64,000 nt of DNA. Source: Candidatus Micrarchaeota archaeon. GTDB lineage: Archaea > B1Sed10-29 > JAJRYS01. Made by a program: the position numbers and the translations under genes. The stretch lies in NCBI GenBank assembly GCA_964643685.1, contig CAZXTN010000003.1, positions 1-64,000 of the forward strand, given 5' to 3'. The notes below the pieces were generated by a model. It saw only the letters and a list, made by a program, of their open reading frames with translations, did no database searches and was not told the DNA's origin. Shown piece after piece: positions 39,151 to 48,488 of this stretch. The first letter of the stretch is position 1. Every line of letters begins with the position of its first letter.

Positions 39151-40086
39151 TTAATTTTTTAACTGCTCTTCAATCCTTTTTATTTTTTCAATTAATTCTC
39201 TTCTTTTACTGCTTAATTCCTTTGCTTTTCCTTCATACTCCTTTAATGCTTTTTCAACTTCTTCCTTGTTTCTTAAAAACCTTTTCGTGCCTTTTAATGG
39301 GAAATGGCTGTTGAAGATTTTATGAAGCTCTTTTATTTTTCCTGAAGTTCTTTTATTCTTTTCAACAATACTCCTCATTAGATTTAAATCTGTTTCAGCT
39401 TGCTTTGCTTTCTCAGTATAATTTTTAGAAGCAATTTGCTTTTCAAGTTCTTTTAATTGAGTTTCCAAAACCTGCTTTTCTTTTATTAATTTTTCAGCTT
39501 GTTCAGGAGACAAAAGTTGCTTAGACCCTATGCCCTGCTTCAATTTCTTGCTTCTTTCTTTTCTGATTTTCTTCTCTTTTCTAATTCCTCTTGAGACAGA
39601 AGGATGAAAACGATGAAAAATAGACTTATCTTCAACTTCTTTTCCTGTCACTTGCTTTTTTGCTTTTTCAAGTTGCTGTTCATTTTTTTCAATTTCATTT
39701 TGAACTTCTTTTTTAAGAGCTTTTACAGCTTCAAGCATGGGGGAATAGCCAATTTTTCTTACTGCTGCTGGATTTTCCTTTGCTCTTTTTTTAATTGCTT
39801 TAATGTAATTTTCAGAAATCCCTGCTAAACGAGCTTTTAAAACAAGATTGTTAAGTTCTTTATCAGATAAGGGAGAGGAGTCAGCAATATCCTCTCTTAA
39901 TTTTTCTTCCTCTTCATTTAAGTATTGCCTTTTCTCCCATGGAAGAAGAGAGTTCATGTCCTCTATTAATTCATTAGAATAATTGTTTAAAATAAATTTT
40001 TTAGTGAGCCTTTCACGCGATTTCAAATTAGAAGAAGCATAACCAGAAGCAGGTCCGGAAGTATATCTCCTTGTTTTTCGCCCCAT
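39151..40086 (-). CDS. Orphan K/E-rich coiled-coil protein with basic N-terminus
   Basis: 311-aa ORF, MGRKTRRY.., heptad-rich. Confidence 0.75.
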   Translation of the reverse strand: MGRKTRRYTSGPASGYASSNLKSRERLTKKFILNNYSNELIEDMNSLLPWEKRQYLNEEEEKLREDIADSSPLSDKELNNLVLKARLAGISENYIKAIKKRAKENPAAVRKIGYSPMLEAVKALKKEVQNEIEKNEQQLEKAKKQVTGKEVEDKSIFHRFHPSVSRGIRKEKKIRKERSKKLKQGIGSKQLLSPEQAEKLIKEKQVLETQLKELEKQIASKNYTEKAKQAETDLNLMRSIVEKNKRTSGKIKELHKIFNSHFPLKGTKRFLRNKEEVEKALKEYEGKAKELSSKRRELIEKIKRIEEQLKN

Positions 40087-40112
40087 AAAAAATCACTCTT
40101 AATAAAAATTAA

Positions 40113-40967
40113 TTAAATTTCTTCATTTAAAAATCTTTGAATGTCTCTTAACAACCTTGCAGTACCCTTATTTTTAGGGTCCTTCAATGAACGATACCTT
40201 GTTAAGTTTTTATCTATAAACTCTTCTGAAGTCAAAAACTTTTTAATCTCTTTTGAAGAAGCATTTTTAGGCAAAGCAAAAGTTTCAACAATCACATTCT
40301 TTATTAACCTATTTTCAACAGCAGTGTCAAGCAAAGGGCTGGCTTTCTTAACCGCTTGCTTTTTTTTCATCTCTGCTTTTGTTAAAGGGTTTTCAAAACT
40401 TCTTTTCTGAACCCCTTGATTTGAATCAGAAGCCTTGCTTCTTTTCATCCACTGCAAGACTTTTTCTTTCCTTGAAGCCAAACGCTCTGTCAGCCTAGGC
40501 TGCAAATCCTCTTCAGAAAGACTACCCTTGACAGGAGTGACTCTTTCAGAAGCTTCAAGAGCCTGTTTTTCAAACCTTATCTGAGAACTGAGAAAATTAC
40601 GAAACTTTTCAGCTTCTTCTGCAGCTGCTTTATTGAAAAGCTTAAAAGCTCTTTTCATCTCCTGCTTCTCTTCTCTTGTTGCCCCTTGCATGTCAGCTTG
40701 AAAAAGTCCTCTTAAATCAAAAGCTGTTTTGTAATCCTTTCTTAGTTCTTCAAGCCTTCTCACTCTTTCTTCAACAGGCAAGTTTTCAATTTCCTTCAAA
40801 ATCTCATTCTGCAAGTTCTTTCTTTCTTCTTTGGAAACGGCCTTCGATTCCTCATAAAAAGCATTCTTCCCTCTTTTTATAACTTCGCCTGTAACAGGAT
40901 CTCTTTTAACTGGTTTTGGATATTTTTTATGGGTTATTTCTGAAACTCTTACTCCTCTTCTAGTCAT
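40113..40967 (-). CDS. Orphan charged helical protein with basic N-terminus
   Basis: 284-aa ORF, MTRRGVRV..KKYPKPVKR; TATA (TTTTATA on minus) about 25 bp upstream. Confidence 0.75.
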   Translation of the reverse strand: MTRRGVRVSEITHKKYPKPVKRDPVTGEVIKRGKNAFYEESKAVSKEERKNLQNEILKEIENLPVEERVRRLEELRKDYKTAFDLRGLFQADMQGATREEKQEMKRAFKLFNKAAAEEAEKFRNFLSSQIRFEKQALEASERVTPVKGSLSEEDLQPRLTERLASRKEKVLQWMKRSKASDSNQGVQKRSFENPLTKAEMKKKQAVKKASPLLDTAVENRLIKNVIVETFALPKNASSKEIKKFLTSEEFIDKNLTRYRSLKDPKNKGTARLLRDIQRFLNEEI

Positions 40968-41082
40968 AAATTAATTATGAAAAAACAGGTATAAAAAACC
41001 AATTCAGTTGCTTGCAAAAAATATGCGTAAAAAGTCATGTTTAAGATAGTTTAATAAACAAAACAGGATATAAGAAAAAATA

Positions 41083-41850
41083 ATGGTAAAAAGAAGAAAA
41101 GATATAACAAGATTTAAAGAAAGTAAAGAACTAGAAAACAAATTCATAAAATTAATTAAAAGAGGAAAAATAACAGAAGAAGACTTGAGTATAATAAAAG
41201 CAATTTTTGACAAAAGCAAAAATGAAGATTATAAAGCAAGCCAAGAAAGGAGAAGAAGGGCAGTAGATGAAGCAGAATTAAGAGCACAGAAAGAAGAAGT
41301 GCCTCTTGAAACAAGGAGAGTATTACTAGAATCTGCATTCAAAGGTGAAAAAATAATAGAAGCTTCAAGGCAATTAAAAGAAAAGCAGAAAGAGATAGCA
41401 GAAAGAGTAAAGGAAACACCCGAAGAAAAAAGAGAAGAGCAACTTAGAAGAGAACTAGCAGAAATAAGACAAGCTAAAAAGAAAGCAAGAGAAGAAGAAG
41501 AGTACTTAATATACTCTGAATTAGAAAAGGATGTTGAAAAAGCCTTGAAAATGGCAAAAAGATTAAACAAAGAAGAAAAACAAGTTGAAGTAAAACCAGA
41601 GCAAAAAGAAGCTGAAAAAATCAGGAAAAGATATTTCAAAACATCAGGTTATTTAGATGATGACATGAGAGCAATAAAAACAATGAATGCAATGAGAAAA
41701 GTAGCTGAAAAAACAAAAAAAATAACACCTGAAATAGCTAAAGTTATTAAAAAAGAAGCTGAGAAAGCAGGAATAAGCACTAATCTTTTATTAGCAGTAA
41801 TAAAAGAAAAAAGACAGTTAACTAAAGAAGAAGAGGAGCTTCTAAAATAA
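41083..41850 (+). CDS. Orphan K/E/R-rich coiled-coil protein with basic N-terminus
   Basis: 255-aa ORF, MVKRRKDITRF. Confidence 0.75.
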   Translation: MVKRRKDITRFKESKELENKFIKLIKRGKITEEDLSIIKAIFDKSKNEDYKASQERRRRAVDEAELRAQKEEVPLETRRVLLESAFKGEKIIEASRQLKEKQKEIAERVKETPEEKREEQLRRELAEIRQAKKKAREEEEYLIYSELEKDVEKALKMAKRLNKEEKQVEVKPEQKEAEKIRKRYFKTSGYLDDDMRAIKTMNAMRKVAEKTKKITPEIAKVIKKEAEKAGISTNLLLAVIKEKRQLTKEEEELLK

Positions 41851-41917
41851 AAAGAAACAAAAACAACTTCGATTTCTTAACCTAAATTTTTATATTAAAA
41901 AAACGCGTTTGTTTCTT

Positions 41918-43549
41918 ATGCCTCAAAAATTCATTTTCATAACAGGAGGAGTAATGTCAGGACTTGGAAAAGGCATTACAACTAGTTCTATAGGCAGGCT
42001 GTTGATGAGCAAAGGCTACACAGTAACAGCAATGAAAATAGACCCATACATAAACATAGACGCAGGCACAATGCGCCCAACAGAACACGGCGAAGTCTTC
42101 GTAACAAAAGACGGAGGAGAAATAGACCAAGACCTAGGCAACTACGAGCGATTCCTAGGAGTAGAACTTACAAAAGAAAGCAACCTCACAACAGGAAAAG
42201 TATACAAAAAAGTAATTGAAAAAGAAAGAAACGGCGATTACCTTGGAAAAACAGTGCAGCCAATACCACACATAACAAACGAAATAAAAAAAACAATCAA
42301 AAAAAACGCAGGAAACAAAGACATCCTATTAATTGAAATAGGAGGAACAGTAGGAGACTACGAAAACGTATTATTCCTAGAAGCAGCAAGGCAAATGAAA
42401 CTAGAGCAAGGAAACGAAAACATTGCATACGTGCACGTAACACTGCTGCCAAAACCACCTTCCCTAGGCGAAGCCAAAACAAAGCCAACACAACACTCAG
42501 TTAAAATGCTAAACCAAATGGGAATACAGCCAGACTTCCTCGTATGCAGGACAACAAACGGAGGACTGGACGAGATAAGAAAAGAGAAATTATCGCTGTT
42601 CTGCAACATTCCAAAACAAAACATAATAGACAACCCAGACGTAAAAACAATATACGAAGTCCCATTATTATTTGACAAGCAAAACTTCGGGGAAAAAATA
42701 CTCGAAAAACTAAACTTAAAGCCGAAAGGAAACGCGCTTTACCCATGGCAAGTGATTGTTGAAAAAATGAAAAAAGCAGACAAAGAAGTAAAAATAGGGA
42801 TGGTTGGCAAATACTTAAAAACAGGAGAAGGGCAATTAATCGACTCCTACATTTCAGTAAACGAGGCAATAAAACACGCGTGCGCTGAATTAAACGCAAA
42901 GCCGAAAATCGTCTGGATAAGCGCGAAAGAAATAGAAGAAGATGAAAAAAAATTAAGTGAGTTAAAAGAACTTGACGCAGTGATAGTTCCAGGTGGATTT
43001 GGAAAAACAGGCATAGAAGGAAAAATAAAAACAATCCAATACTGCAGAGAAAACAACATCCCTTACCTCGGCTTATGCCTAGGACTGCAACTCGCAGTCA
43101 TTGAATACGCTAGAAACAAATGCGGGTTAAAAGAAGCTAATTCAACTGAATTCAATGAAAACACTCCTTACCCAGTAATTGACTTCCTGCCAGAACAAAG
43201 AAACATAATGAAAAAAGGAGGCACAATGAGGCTCGGTGAATACACTGCAATCCTAAAAGAAAACACAGCTGTAAAAAGGTTATATGAAAAGCTAGGGAGG
43301 ATAGAAAACAAAAAAGAAGCTAAAGAAAGACACAGGCACAGGTACGAAGTCAACCCAGAATACCATGAAACTCTCATTGAAAACGGGCTAGTGATTTCAG
43401 GAACAAGCCCTGATGGAAAATTAGTTGAATTCATAGAACTGCCAAGCCACAAGTACTTCATAGCTACACAAGCTCATCCTGAATTCACATCCAAGCCAGG
43501 CAACCCAAACCCCTTATTTTACGGATTAATAGAAGCAGCGCTTAAATAA
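41918..43549 (+). CDS. pyrG: CTP synthase
   Basis: TGGVMSGLGKG, KIDPYIN, KTKPTQHS, GLCLG, ERHRHRYE, HPEF. Confidence 0.98.
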   Translation: MPQKFIFITGGVMSGLGKGITTSSIGRLLMSKGYTVTAMKIDPYINIDAGTMRPTEHGEVFVTKDGGEIDQDLGNYERFLGVELTKESNLTTGKVYKKVIEKERNGDYLGKTVQPIPHITNEIKKTIKKNAGNKDILLIEIGGTVGDYENVLFLEAARQMKLEQGNENIAYVHVTLLPKPPSLGEAKTKPTQHSVKMLNQMGIQPDFLVCRTTNGGLDEIRKEKLSLFCNIPKQNIIDNPDVKTIYEVPLLFDKQNFGEKILEKLNLKPKGNALYPWQVIVEKMKKADKEVKIGMVGKYLKTGEGQLIDSYISVNEAIKHACAELNAKPKIVWISAKEIEEDEKKLSELKELDAVIVPGGFGKTGIEGKIKTIQYCRENNIPYLGLCLGLQLAVIEYARNKCGLKEANSTEFNENTPYPVIDFLPEQRNIMKKGGTMRLGEYTAILKENTAVKRLYEKLGRIENKKEAKERHRHRYEVNPEYHETLIENGLVISGTSPDGKLVEFIELPSHKYFIATQAHPEFTSKPGNPNPLFYGLIEAALK

Positions 43550-43584
43550 AGAACAAAAAACAATAAAAAAAATCAAGTGAGAAA

Positions 43585-44190
43585 ATGGCATTAACTGATT
43601 TTGAAAAAAAAGAAAAAAAACAAGAAGCTTACGAAGTTATAAAACTGAAAAAAATCGTGAAAGGAATAAAAGCTTCAGAAGAAACAGAAGAAAAAAGAAA
43701 CAGCAACGAACTTACCTTAATTTTTAAAAAACCTGATTTTTACCTTGAAACAAAAAAAGAAAATCATTACTCAATATGGCACAAGCCGACAATAATACTT
43801 CCTTACGAAGAAAAAACAAGAGAAGAAAAACCTGACTTTGTTTTCATTGCTGAAAAAACAAAACACTTGTATACTCTGGAGAATCTTGAAAAAAAAATAA
43901 AAACTCATAAAAAGATGACTGAAAAAATGAAAAAAGAACTCAGCAAAGAACTTTTAAAAAAAATGAAAAAAATAAAACTGCTTTTATACATAAGAAAAAA
44001 CTTGACTCAAAAAGAATTGACAAAAATAATCATTACAGCAAGTTACTTGAAACCAGAATACGCGGTAATAATTCTTGAAGAAAGCATGAAACCTTCAATT
44101 AAAATCGCCATGCCTGAGCAGATAAACTGCATTGAAAATACTGGAATAAACCAGCAGAAAGCAAAAAAAGCACTAAGGCAAGTGCTTTGA
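43585..44190 (+). CDS. Hypothetical protein (possible degenerate PD-(D/E)XK fold)
   Basis: 201-aa ORF; KPDFVFI motif only. Confidence 0.55.
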   Translation: MALTDFEKKEKKQEAYEVIKLKKIVKGIKASEETEEKRNSNELTLIFKKPDFYLETKKENHYSIWHKPTIILPYEEKTREEKPDFVFIAEKTKHLYTLENLEKKIKTHKKMTEKMKKELSKELLKKMKKIKLLLYIRKNLTQKELTKIIITASYLKPEYAVIILEESMKPSIKIAMPEQINCIENTGINQQKAKKALRQVL

Positions 44191-44223
44191 AACTAAGAAA
44201 ATAGATTAGGCAACGTTAAAATG

Positions 44224-44471
44224 AAAAATTAGATTATATATTCTTTCATTCTTCTTTTGATCACCGAGCCGCGGGGGACTCACCGCCCCCCTCAACTCTA
44301 GGTAACTCCTGCTCCCCCTGCTGACCACATGCGCTTCGCTTAGTGCTCATTTTTAGGGAATTCTTGAAAACTTTGAGTTTTCAAGTTTGCGAAGTTATAT
44401 TTCGCATAATCTGATCTCCCTCCTTAATAATAAAAAAATTAGATTATATATTCTTTCATTCTTCTTTTGAT
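44224..44471 (-). repeat. 38-bp perfect gene-end duplication flanking a 172-bp hairpin cassette
   Basis: AAAAATTAGATTATATATTCTTTCATTCTTCTTTTGAT at 44224-44261 and 44434-44471; insert has several hairpins including CTAAGCGAAGCGCATG (minus). Confidence 0.9.
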
Positions 44472-45122
44472 TTCGTCAAGAGGAAGAACAGTAGTTACTA
44501 ATGGAATTTTTTCAACCTCTGAAATCTTAAGAGCAACCTTGTCAACTTCAGAAATGTTATGAAGCACAACCATGGTAGGCTTCAATTTAGTTACACGGAT
44601 TGCAATCAAAGGGCTTCTTCCCATTGAAACATTAGTGAAAATCAAAGCCCTTTCAGTAGTGTTGCCGTAAATTTTAATAAATTCATCAGCAGGCAGTTCA
44701 AGAATAGCGCGGATAGAATCAACAATAGTAAAGCCGTAAATTTTGGTTTTTTTCAGAACTGCTTCGTTTGAAATTATTCTCCCTTCAATTGATTTTACAA
44801 AATCCTTTGACTTCATTGACTTGGAAAAATCCTCCACGTCAAAAACTTCACTTGGCTTCTGCAATTGAAGCTTTTTATAAACCCAGCCTCCTTTCTGCCT
44901 GTCAATTTCAATAATGGCATTCACAAACCTTTTAATAATGCTTGCTCCTGGACTCTTTCTCCTATTCCCTTCATAATCAGAGATAGTTGAAGGAGTTACA
45001 TTTAAAAAATCAGCTAATTCAGTTTGAGAAATTCCGAAAATTTCACGCCATTTTTTCAAAGAAGAGCCAGGGTTGTCACTTAAGGTAATTTCCCCTGCAA
45101 TGTCAAGCAAAATCTTGTCCAT
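44439..45122 (-). CDS. Conserved archaeal XRE-HTH transcriptional regulator (COG1709-like)
   Basis: IAGEITLSDNPG..KKWRE.F..SQ.ELA..ISDYE..RRKSPG; ERALIFT.VS.GRSP.IAIRV. Confidence 0.85.
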   Translation of the reverse strand: MDKILLDIAGEITLSDNPGSSLKKWREIFGISQTELADFLNVTPSTISDYEGNRRKSPGASIIKRFVNAIIEIDRQKGGWVYKKLQLQKPSEVFDVEDFSKSMKSKDFVKSIEGRIISNEAVLKKTKIYGFTIVDSIRAILELPADEFIKIYGNTTERALIFTNVSMGRSPLIAIRVTKLKPTMVVLHNISEVDKVALKISEVEKIPLVTTVLPLDEIKRRMKEYII

Positions 45123-45164
45123 TATCTACAATAAACGTAAAAGGGATTTAAAAAACAGTTAGTT

Positions 45165-45600
45165 TAAAAAGGGGGGTAGGAGAGGGGGAAAAATTGGCTC
45201 ACCCAGCCAAAGAAATCCTCTTTGTATATAAAAGAAGAATTGTTGCTAATCCTCTCCAAAAAATTGGACTATTTAAAAATTTAACAAGTCAAGTATATAA
45301 AGGTTATGGTTAAATGAGCAGTTGAATTGGACAAATTTTCAATCAAATCTCATAAAATTGAATATTTTTGTATAAGTGAAGAATGTTAAGAAATTTTATT
45401 GCAAGTTTGTCTATTTTCTAACAATAAGTTTATATATTTATTTAGTGTTGATTTTAATTAAGAACTGGAGGTGGTTTGAAATTAAACTCAAACCAGTTAG
45501 AACAATGTGAGAAGGGTTCAGGGGGAAAGGCTCACCCAGCCAATAGGGATTTTATTTGCTCCTTCCTCCCTTCTCCAACTTCACCCTTTTTTTCAGAATT
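45165..45600. ncRNA. Two putative divergent structured small RNAs
   Basis: Divergent TTTATATA boxes (45294-45301 minus; ~45429 plus), closing stems, T-tracts, shared GGCTCACCCAGCCAA at 45196-45210 and 45529-45543. Confidence 0.4.
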
Positions 45601-45678
45601 TCTTGTTTTTTAAGAAAAAGGGATTAGTCTAGGTTTTTCTGCTGGATAGTGTTTTAAAGAAAAAAGAGAGAGAGGGTT

Positions 45679-45924
45679 TTAATAAGGGAAATTGACGACT
45701 ACGTATCTTCCTACTGCTTTTACTTCGCTGAATGGAATGTTCAGCAAGCCGTGCTTGTCAAGGTGGTCTTTTATTTCTTTAAGTTCATGATCTGGCTTGA
45801 CAATAAGGTTTGTTAAAGCGCCGTTTATTTCAAAGTAAACATCCATTACTTCCCCTAGTTCTAATCCGCTGTTGGAAACTACTTTTTTTTCAAGCAAGTG
45901 CTTTCCTAATATTGGTTTTGACAT
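45679..45924 (-). CDS. PRC-barrel protein (CdpB-like)
   Basis: LLEKKVVSNSGLELGEVMDV..IPFSEVKAVGRYVVV. Confidence 0.85.
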   Translation of the reverse strand: MSKPILGKHLLEKKVVSNSGLELGEVMDVYFEINGALTNLIVKPDHELKEIKDHLDKHGLLNIPFSEVKAVGRYVVVNFPY

Positions 45925-45943
45925 TCAACAAACACCTCTTTTT

Positions 45944-46180
45944 TTAGTCGGTTATGATTATGTCTCCGACTGCTTTTACTTTTTCAAATGGAATGAAGTT
46001 TTCTTTTATGAATTTTTTAGCTTCTGTTGCTTCTCTTCCAAGTATTGAAGTTGCTTCTGCTTTCAGTAAGAATTTTATTTGTCCTTCTTCTGGTTCTATT
46101 AAAACGTCTTTTGCAACTCCTATGAAACTGCTTTTTTGCGAGTAGATTCTTCTGCCGTAAATATCAGTTAATTTGTTCAT
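45944..46180 (-). CDS. PRC-barrel protein (CdpB-like)
   Basis: LTDIYGRRIYS....IG..KDVLI..IPFEKVKAVGDIII. Confidence 0.85.
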   Translation of the reverse strand: MNKLTDIYGRRIYSQKSSFIGVAKDVLIEPEEGQIKFLLKAEATSILGREATEAKKFIKENFIPFEKVKAVGDIIITD

Positions 46181-46315
46181 TTTGCTAATCCCCCTTTATT
46201 TCATTTCTTTTTTTAACTTAAGAAAAATAAAGGAAAGAATTGTTTTTAATTGTTTTGTTTTAAGGAATAGCGCTCAGAGAAATAAAAAAGAAGAAAGGTG
46301 AAAAAAAGTGTTTTT

Positions 46316-46669
46316 TTAATGCATTGATTTTTCAGCTTCTTCTATTGTTTTTTTGGATTCATTCATTCTTGATTGAAGTCTTTCTGCTTGTGTTTTCAGC
46401 ACATTTATTCTTGATTTGAGTTCTTCTCTTTTTTTGTTCAGTTCTTCTTTCAACTGCTTTGGCTCTTGCTCTATTAGGATAGTGCCCACTGCTTTGAATG
46501 TTTTTCCTTTTGCTTTTTCAAGTTCCATTAAAGCAACGTCTGTTTGAGCAAGGTCTATTTCAAGTCTTTGCAGTTGAGAGTCAACCATTTGCAATTGCCT
46601 TTGGTAATTTTGAAATTTAAGCAGTTCTTTTTGCAGTTCCTTGTTTGAAATTTGTTTATTTTCCGTCAT
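46316..46669 (-). CDS. pfdB: Prefoldin subunit beta
   Basis: Coiled coil-FKAVGTILI-coiled coil; conserved position in the exosome superoperon. Confidence 0.88.
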   Translation of the reverse strand: MTENKQISNKELQKELLKFQNYQRQLQMVDSQLQRLEIDLAQTDVALMELEKAKGKTFKAVGTILIEQEPKQLKEELNKKREELKSRINVLKTQAERLQSRMNESKKTIEEAEKSMH

Positions 46670-46677
46670 TTTGTTTC

Positions 46678-47112
46678 TCACTCCTGTAATTTTATTTTTA
46701 CAATTACTTTTTCCTTGTTTTTGAATATTATCTGGTTGTCTTGTTTTAGAATTTTATTTTCAGCTTCTTCGTCTGATGAAGTGTTGAATAGTTTTTCAAG
46801 CTCTTCTGGACAATTGATTGAATTCCATTTTTGCTTTTCTTTTGTCAAATAAACTCCTTTTATTTTTAATTCTTCTGCCCAGTTCCAGTTTTCATTGTTT
46901 AGTGTTATAAAGCGCATGAGGTGAGGATTTCCTTGCTTGTCTGTGACAATGCATATTTTTGGGTATCCTTTGCTTCTTGCTATTTCAACAAGTTCTTCTA
47001 TTCCTTTTTTTCCTCTTGTTAAGTAAATGGAATCAGGAAGCAGGTTGCTTATTTTTTTTGAGAATATTCTTGTGTTTTTCGATGGCTTCCTGCTTGTTGT
47101 AAAAAGCATCAT
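46678..47112 (-). CDS. Brix/Imp4-like ribosome biogenesis protein
   Basis: TTSRKPSKNTRIF..Y.TRGK..GNP. Confidence 0.85.
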   Translation of the reverse strand: MMLFTTSRKPSKNTRIFSKKISNLLPDSIYLTRGKKGIEELVEIARSKGYPKICIVTDKQGNPHLMRFITLNNENWNWAEELKIKGVYLTKEKQKWNSINCPEELEKLFNTSSDEEAENKILKQDNQIIFKNKEKVIVKIKLQE

Positions 47113-47122
47113 TTTAAATCAG

Positions 47123-47251
47123 TTAATCTGTTTTTATTTTTTTAACAACAGGCGGCCTTTCTTTTATAAGTATCCTGTAGCCGCAGTGAGGGCATTTTAC
47201 GACAGAGATGTCATCTATTTCAGCTCCGCATGAAAAACATTTCCAAGCCAT
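47123..47251 (-). CDS. rpoP: RNA polymerase subunit Rpo12/P (not in ORF track)
   Basis: MAWKCFSCGAEIDDISVVKCPHCGYRILIKERPPVVKKIKTD; SD GGAGGT. Confidence 0.93.
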   Translation of the reverse strand: MAWKCFSCGAEIDDISVVKCPHCGYRILIKERPPVVKKIKTD

Positions 47252-47331
47252 TTTATTAAAAACCTCCATTCATAAGCTTTAAAAAAACCTTTTCCTAATT
47301 TTTTTTAATTAAGAAAAGGGGGTTTTGAGTT

Positions 47332-47607
47332 TTAAGCTACTTGTTTTAAAGTAGTTTTTTTCAAGATTCTTTCAGTCATTTTGCCAACAGCAGTTTGTGG
47401 CTTGTAAGCTCCTCCTGCTATTTCAGCGCCGCATTTTGAGCACACCCAAAGAGAGTAGCCTTTTCTTTTCAAGGCTTTTCTTCCACATTGAGGGCATTTT
47501 TGCTTTGACTTTTGCTCTTTTTCAATGTCTCTTACTATTTGCTTTAATGGAGTGCTGTACCTTGAACCGAACCTGCTTGCTGACTTCAGCTTTGTTTTCT
47601 TAACCAT
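47332..47607 (-). CDS. rpl37ae: 50S ribosomal protein L37Ae (eL43)
   Basis: RFGSRY, CPQC..WVCSKCG..AGGAY. Confidence 0.95.
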   Translation of the reverse strand: MVKKTKLKSASRFGSRYSTPLKQIVRDIEKEQKSKQKCPQCGRKALKRKGYSLWVCSKCGAEIAGGAYKPQTAVGKMTERILKKTTLKQVA

Positions 47608-47671
47608 TTTCTTTTTTCACTTCCCTTGATTTTTCTAAGCTTGTATTTTCTTTTTTTGGGTTTTTATTCAT

Positions 47672-48460
47672 TTATATTAGTTTTCTTATCTTTTTTGTGG
47701 CTTTAACTGCTGTTTCAAACATTTGGTTTATTTCTTCAATTGTAAATGAGCCTTTGCCCATTTTCTGAGCTGCTGACAAGTGGCCGTCATCTCTTATGGA
47801 CATTACCATCATTGCATCAGAGACTTTTTCTTCTGTCAAGGAAGGGTCTAGTACAATTGAGTCTCCTATTTTTGCGAAAGTGGCTGTCATTGGCTTGTAT
47901 TTAACAGGTAATTTTCCCTGCGTTTCTTCTTTAATTAGCCTTTCTTTTTCTTCGTCGTATTTTGGAAGACGAGTGTTCCATAATGCTTTTACTGCGCCGA
48001 TTGTAGCTGCGTCGAAGAAGTTTCCGTCAAAATCAAGCACATGCAAGTCAATTAAGGCAGTCCATACTTTTTCGCCTTCAACTATGCACATTTTTTCAAA
48101 GTCTATTGCTCCTGATTCTCTTATTCCCCTGTCAACGACTCTTGCGAATTCAATTGATTCAGGTGAAGGTGGGCCTGAGTAATAAAGGGGTGATGCGATT
48201 GGAACTAATTCTGAGTTTGTAACCATGTTTCCTTCTTTTTCATGATCTGGATATGGTGTTCCAATGTCCATTTTTACTCCTACAAGCACTTGGGTTTCCC
48301 CTAGTTTGACTAAAGCGCTTCCTTCTGCTTTCGGAACATAACCTTCTATTATTTCAATTTTTCTGTATTCGTCGAATTTTCTTCCATCTTCTCTTTCGCC
48401 TTGTTTTAACATTCTGGTAATTGAATCTTTTTTAAGTTTTAAGATAATATTTTCATCCAT
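47672..48460 (-). CDS. rrp42: Exosome subunit Rrp42
   Basis: REDGR..EYR, AEGSA.VKLG.TQV, VDRGIRES, DFDGN. Confidence 0.95.
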   Translation of the reverse strand: MDENIILKLKKDSITRMLKQGEREDGRKFDEYRKIEIIEGYVPKAEGSALVKLGETQVLVGVKMDIGTPYPDHEKEGNMVTNSELVPIASPLYYSGPPSPESIEFARVVDRGIRESGAIDFEKMCIVEGEKVWTALIDLHVLDFDGNFFDAATIGAVKALWNTRLPKYDEEKERLIKEETQGKLPVKYKPMTATFAKIGDSIVLDPSLTEEKVSDAMMVMSIRDDGHLSAAQKMGKGSFTIEEINQMFETAVKATKKIRKLI

Positions 48461-48488
48461 TTCAAATCTCTCCTTTTTCTATTTTTTT

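Noticed and set aside
45160-45600. Canonical ORB-type replication origin
   Set aside because: G-strings and an AT-rich core are present, but there is no TCCA..GAAAC ORB consensus and no orc1/cdc6 nearby; kept only as a non-canonical hypothesis.
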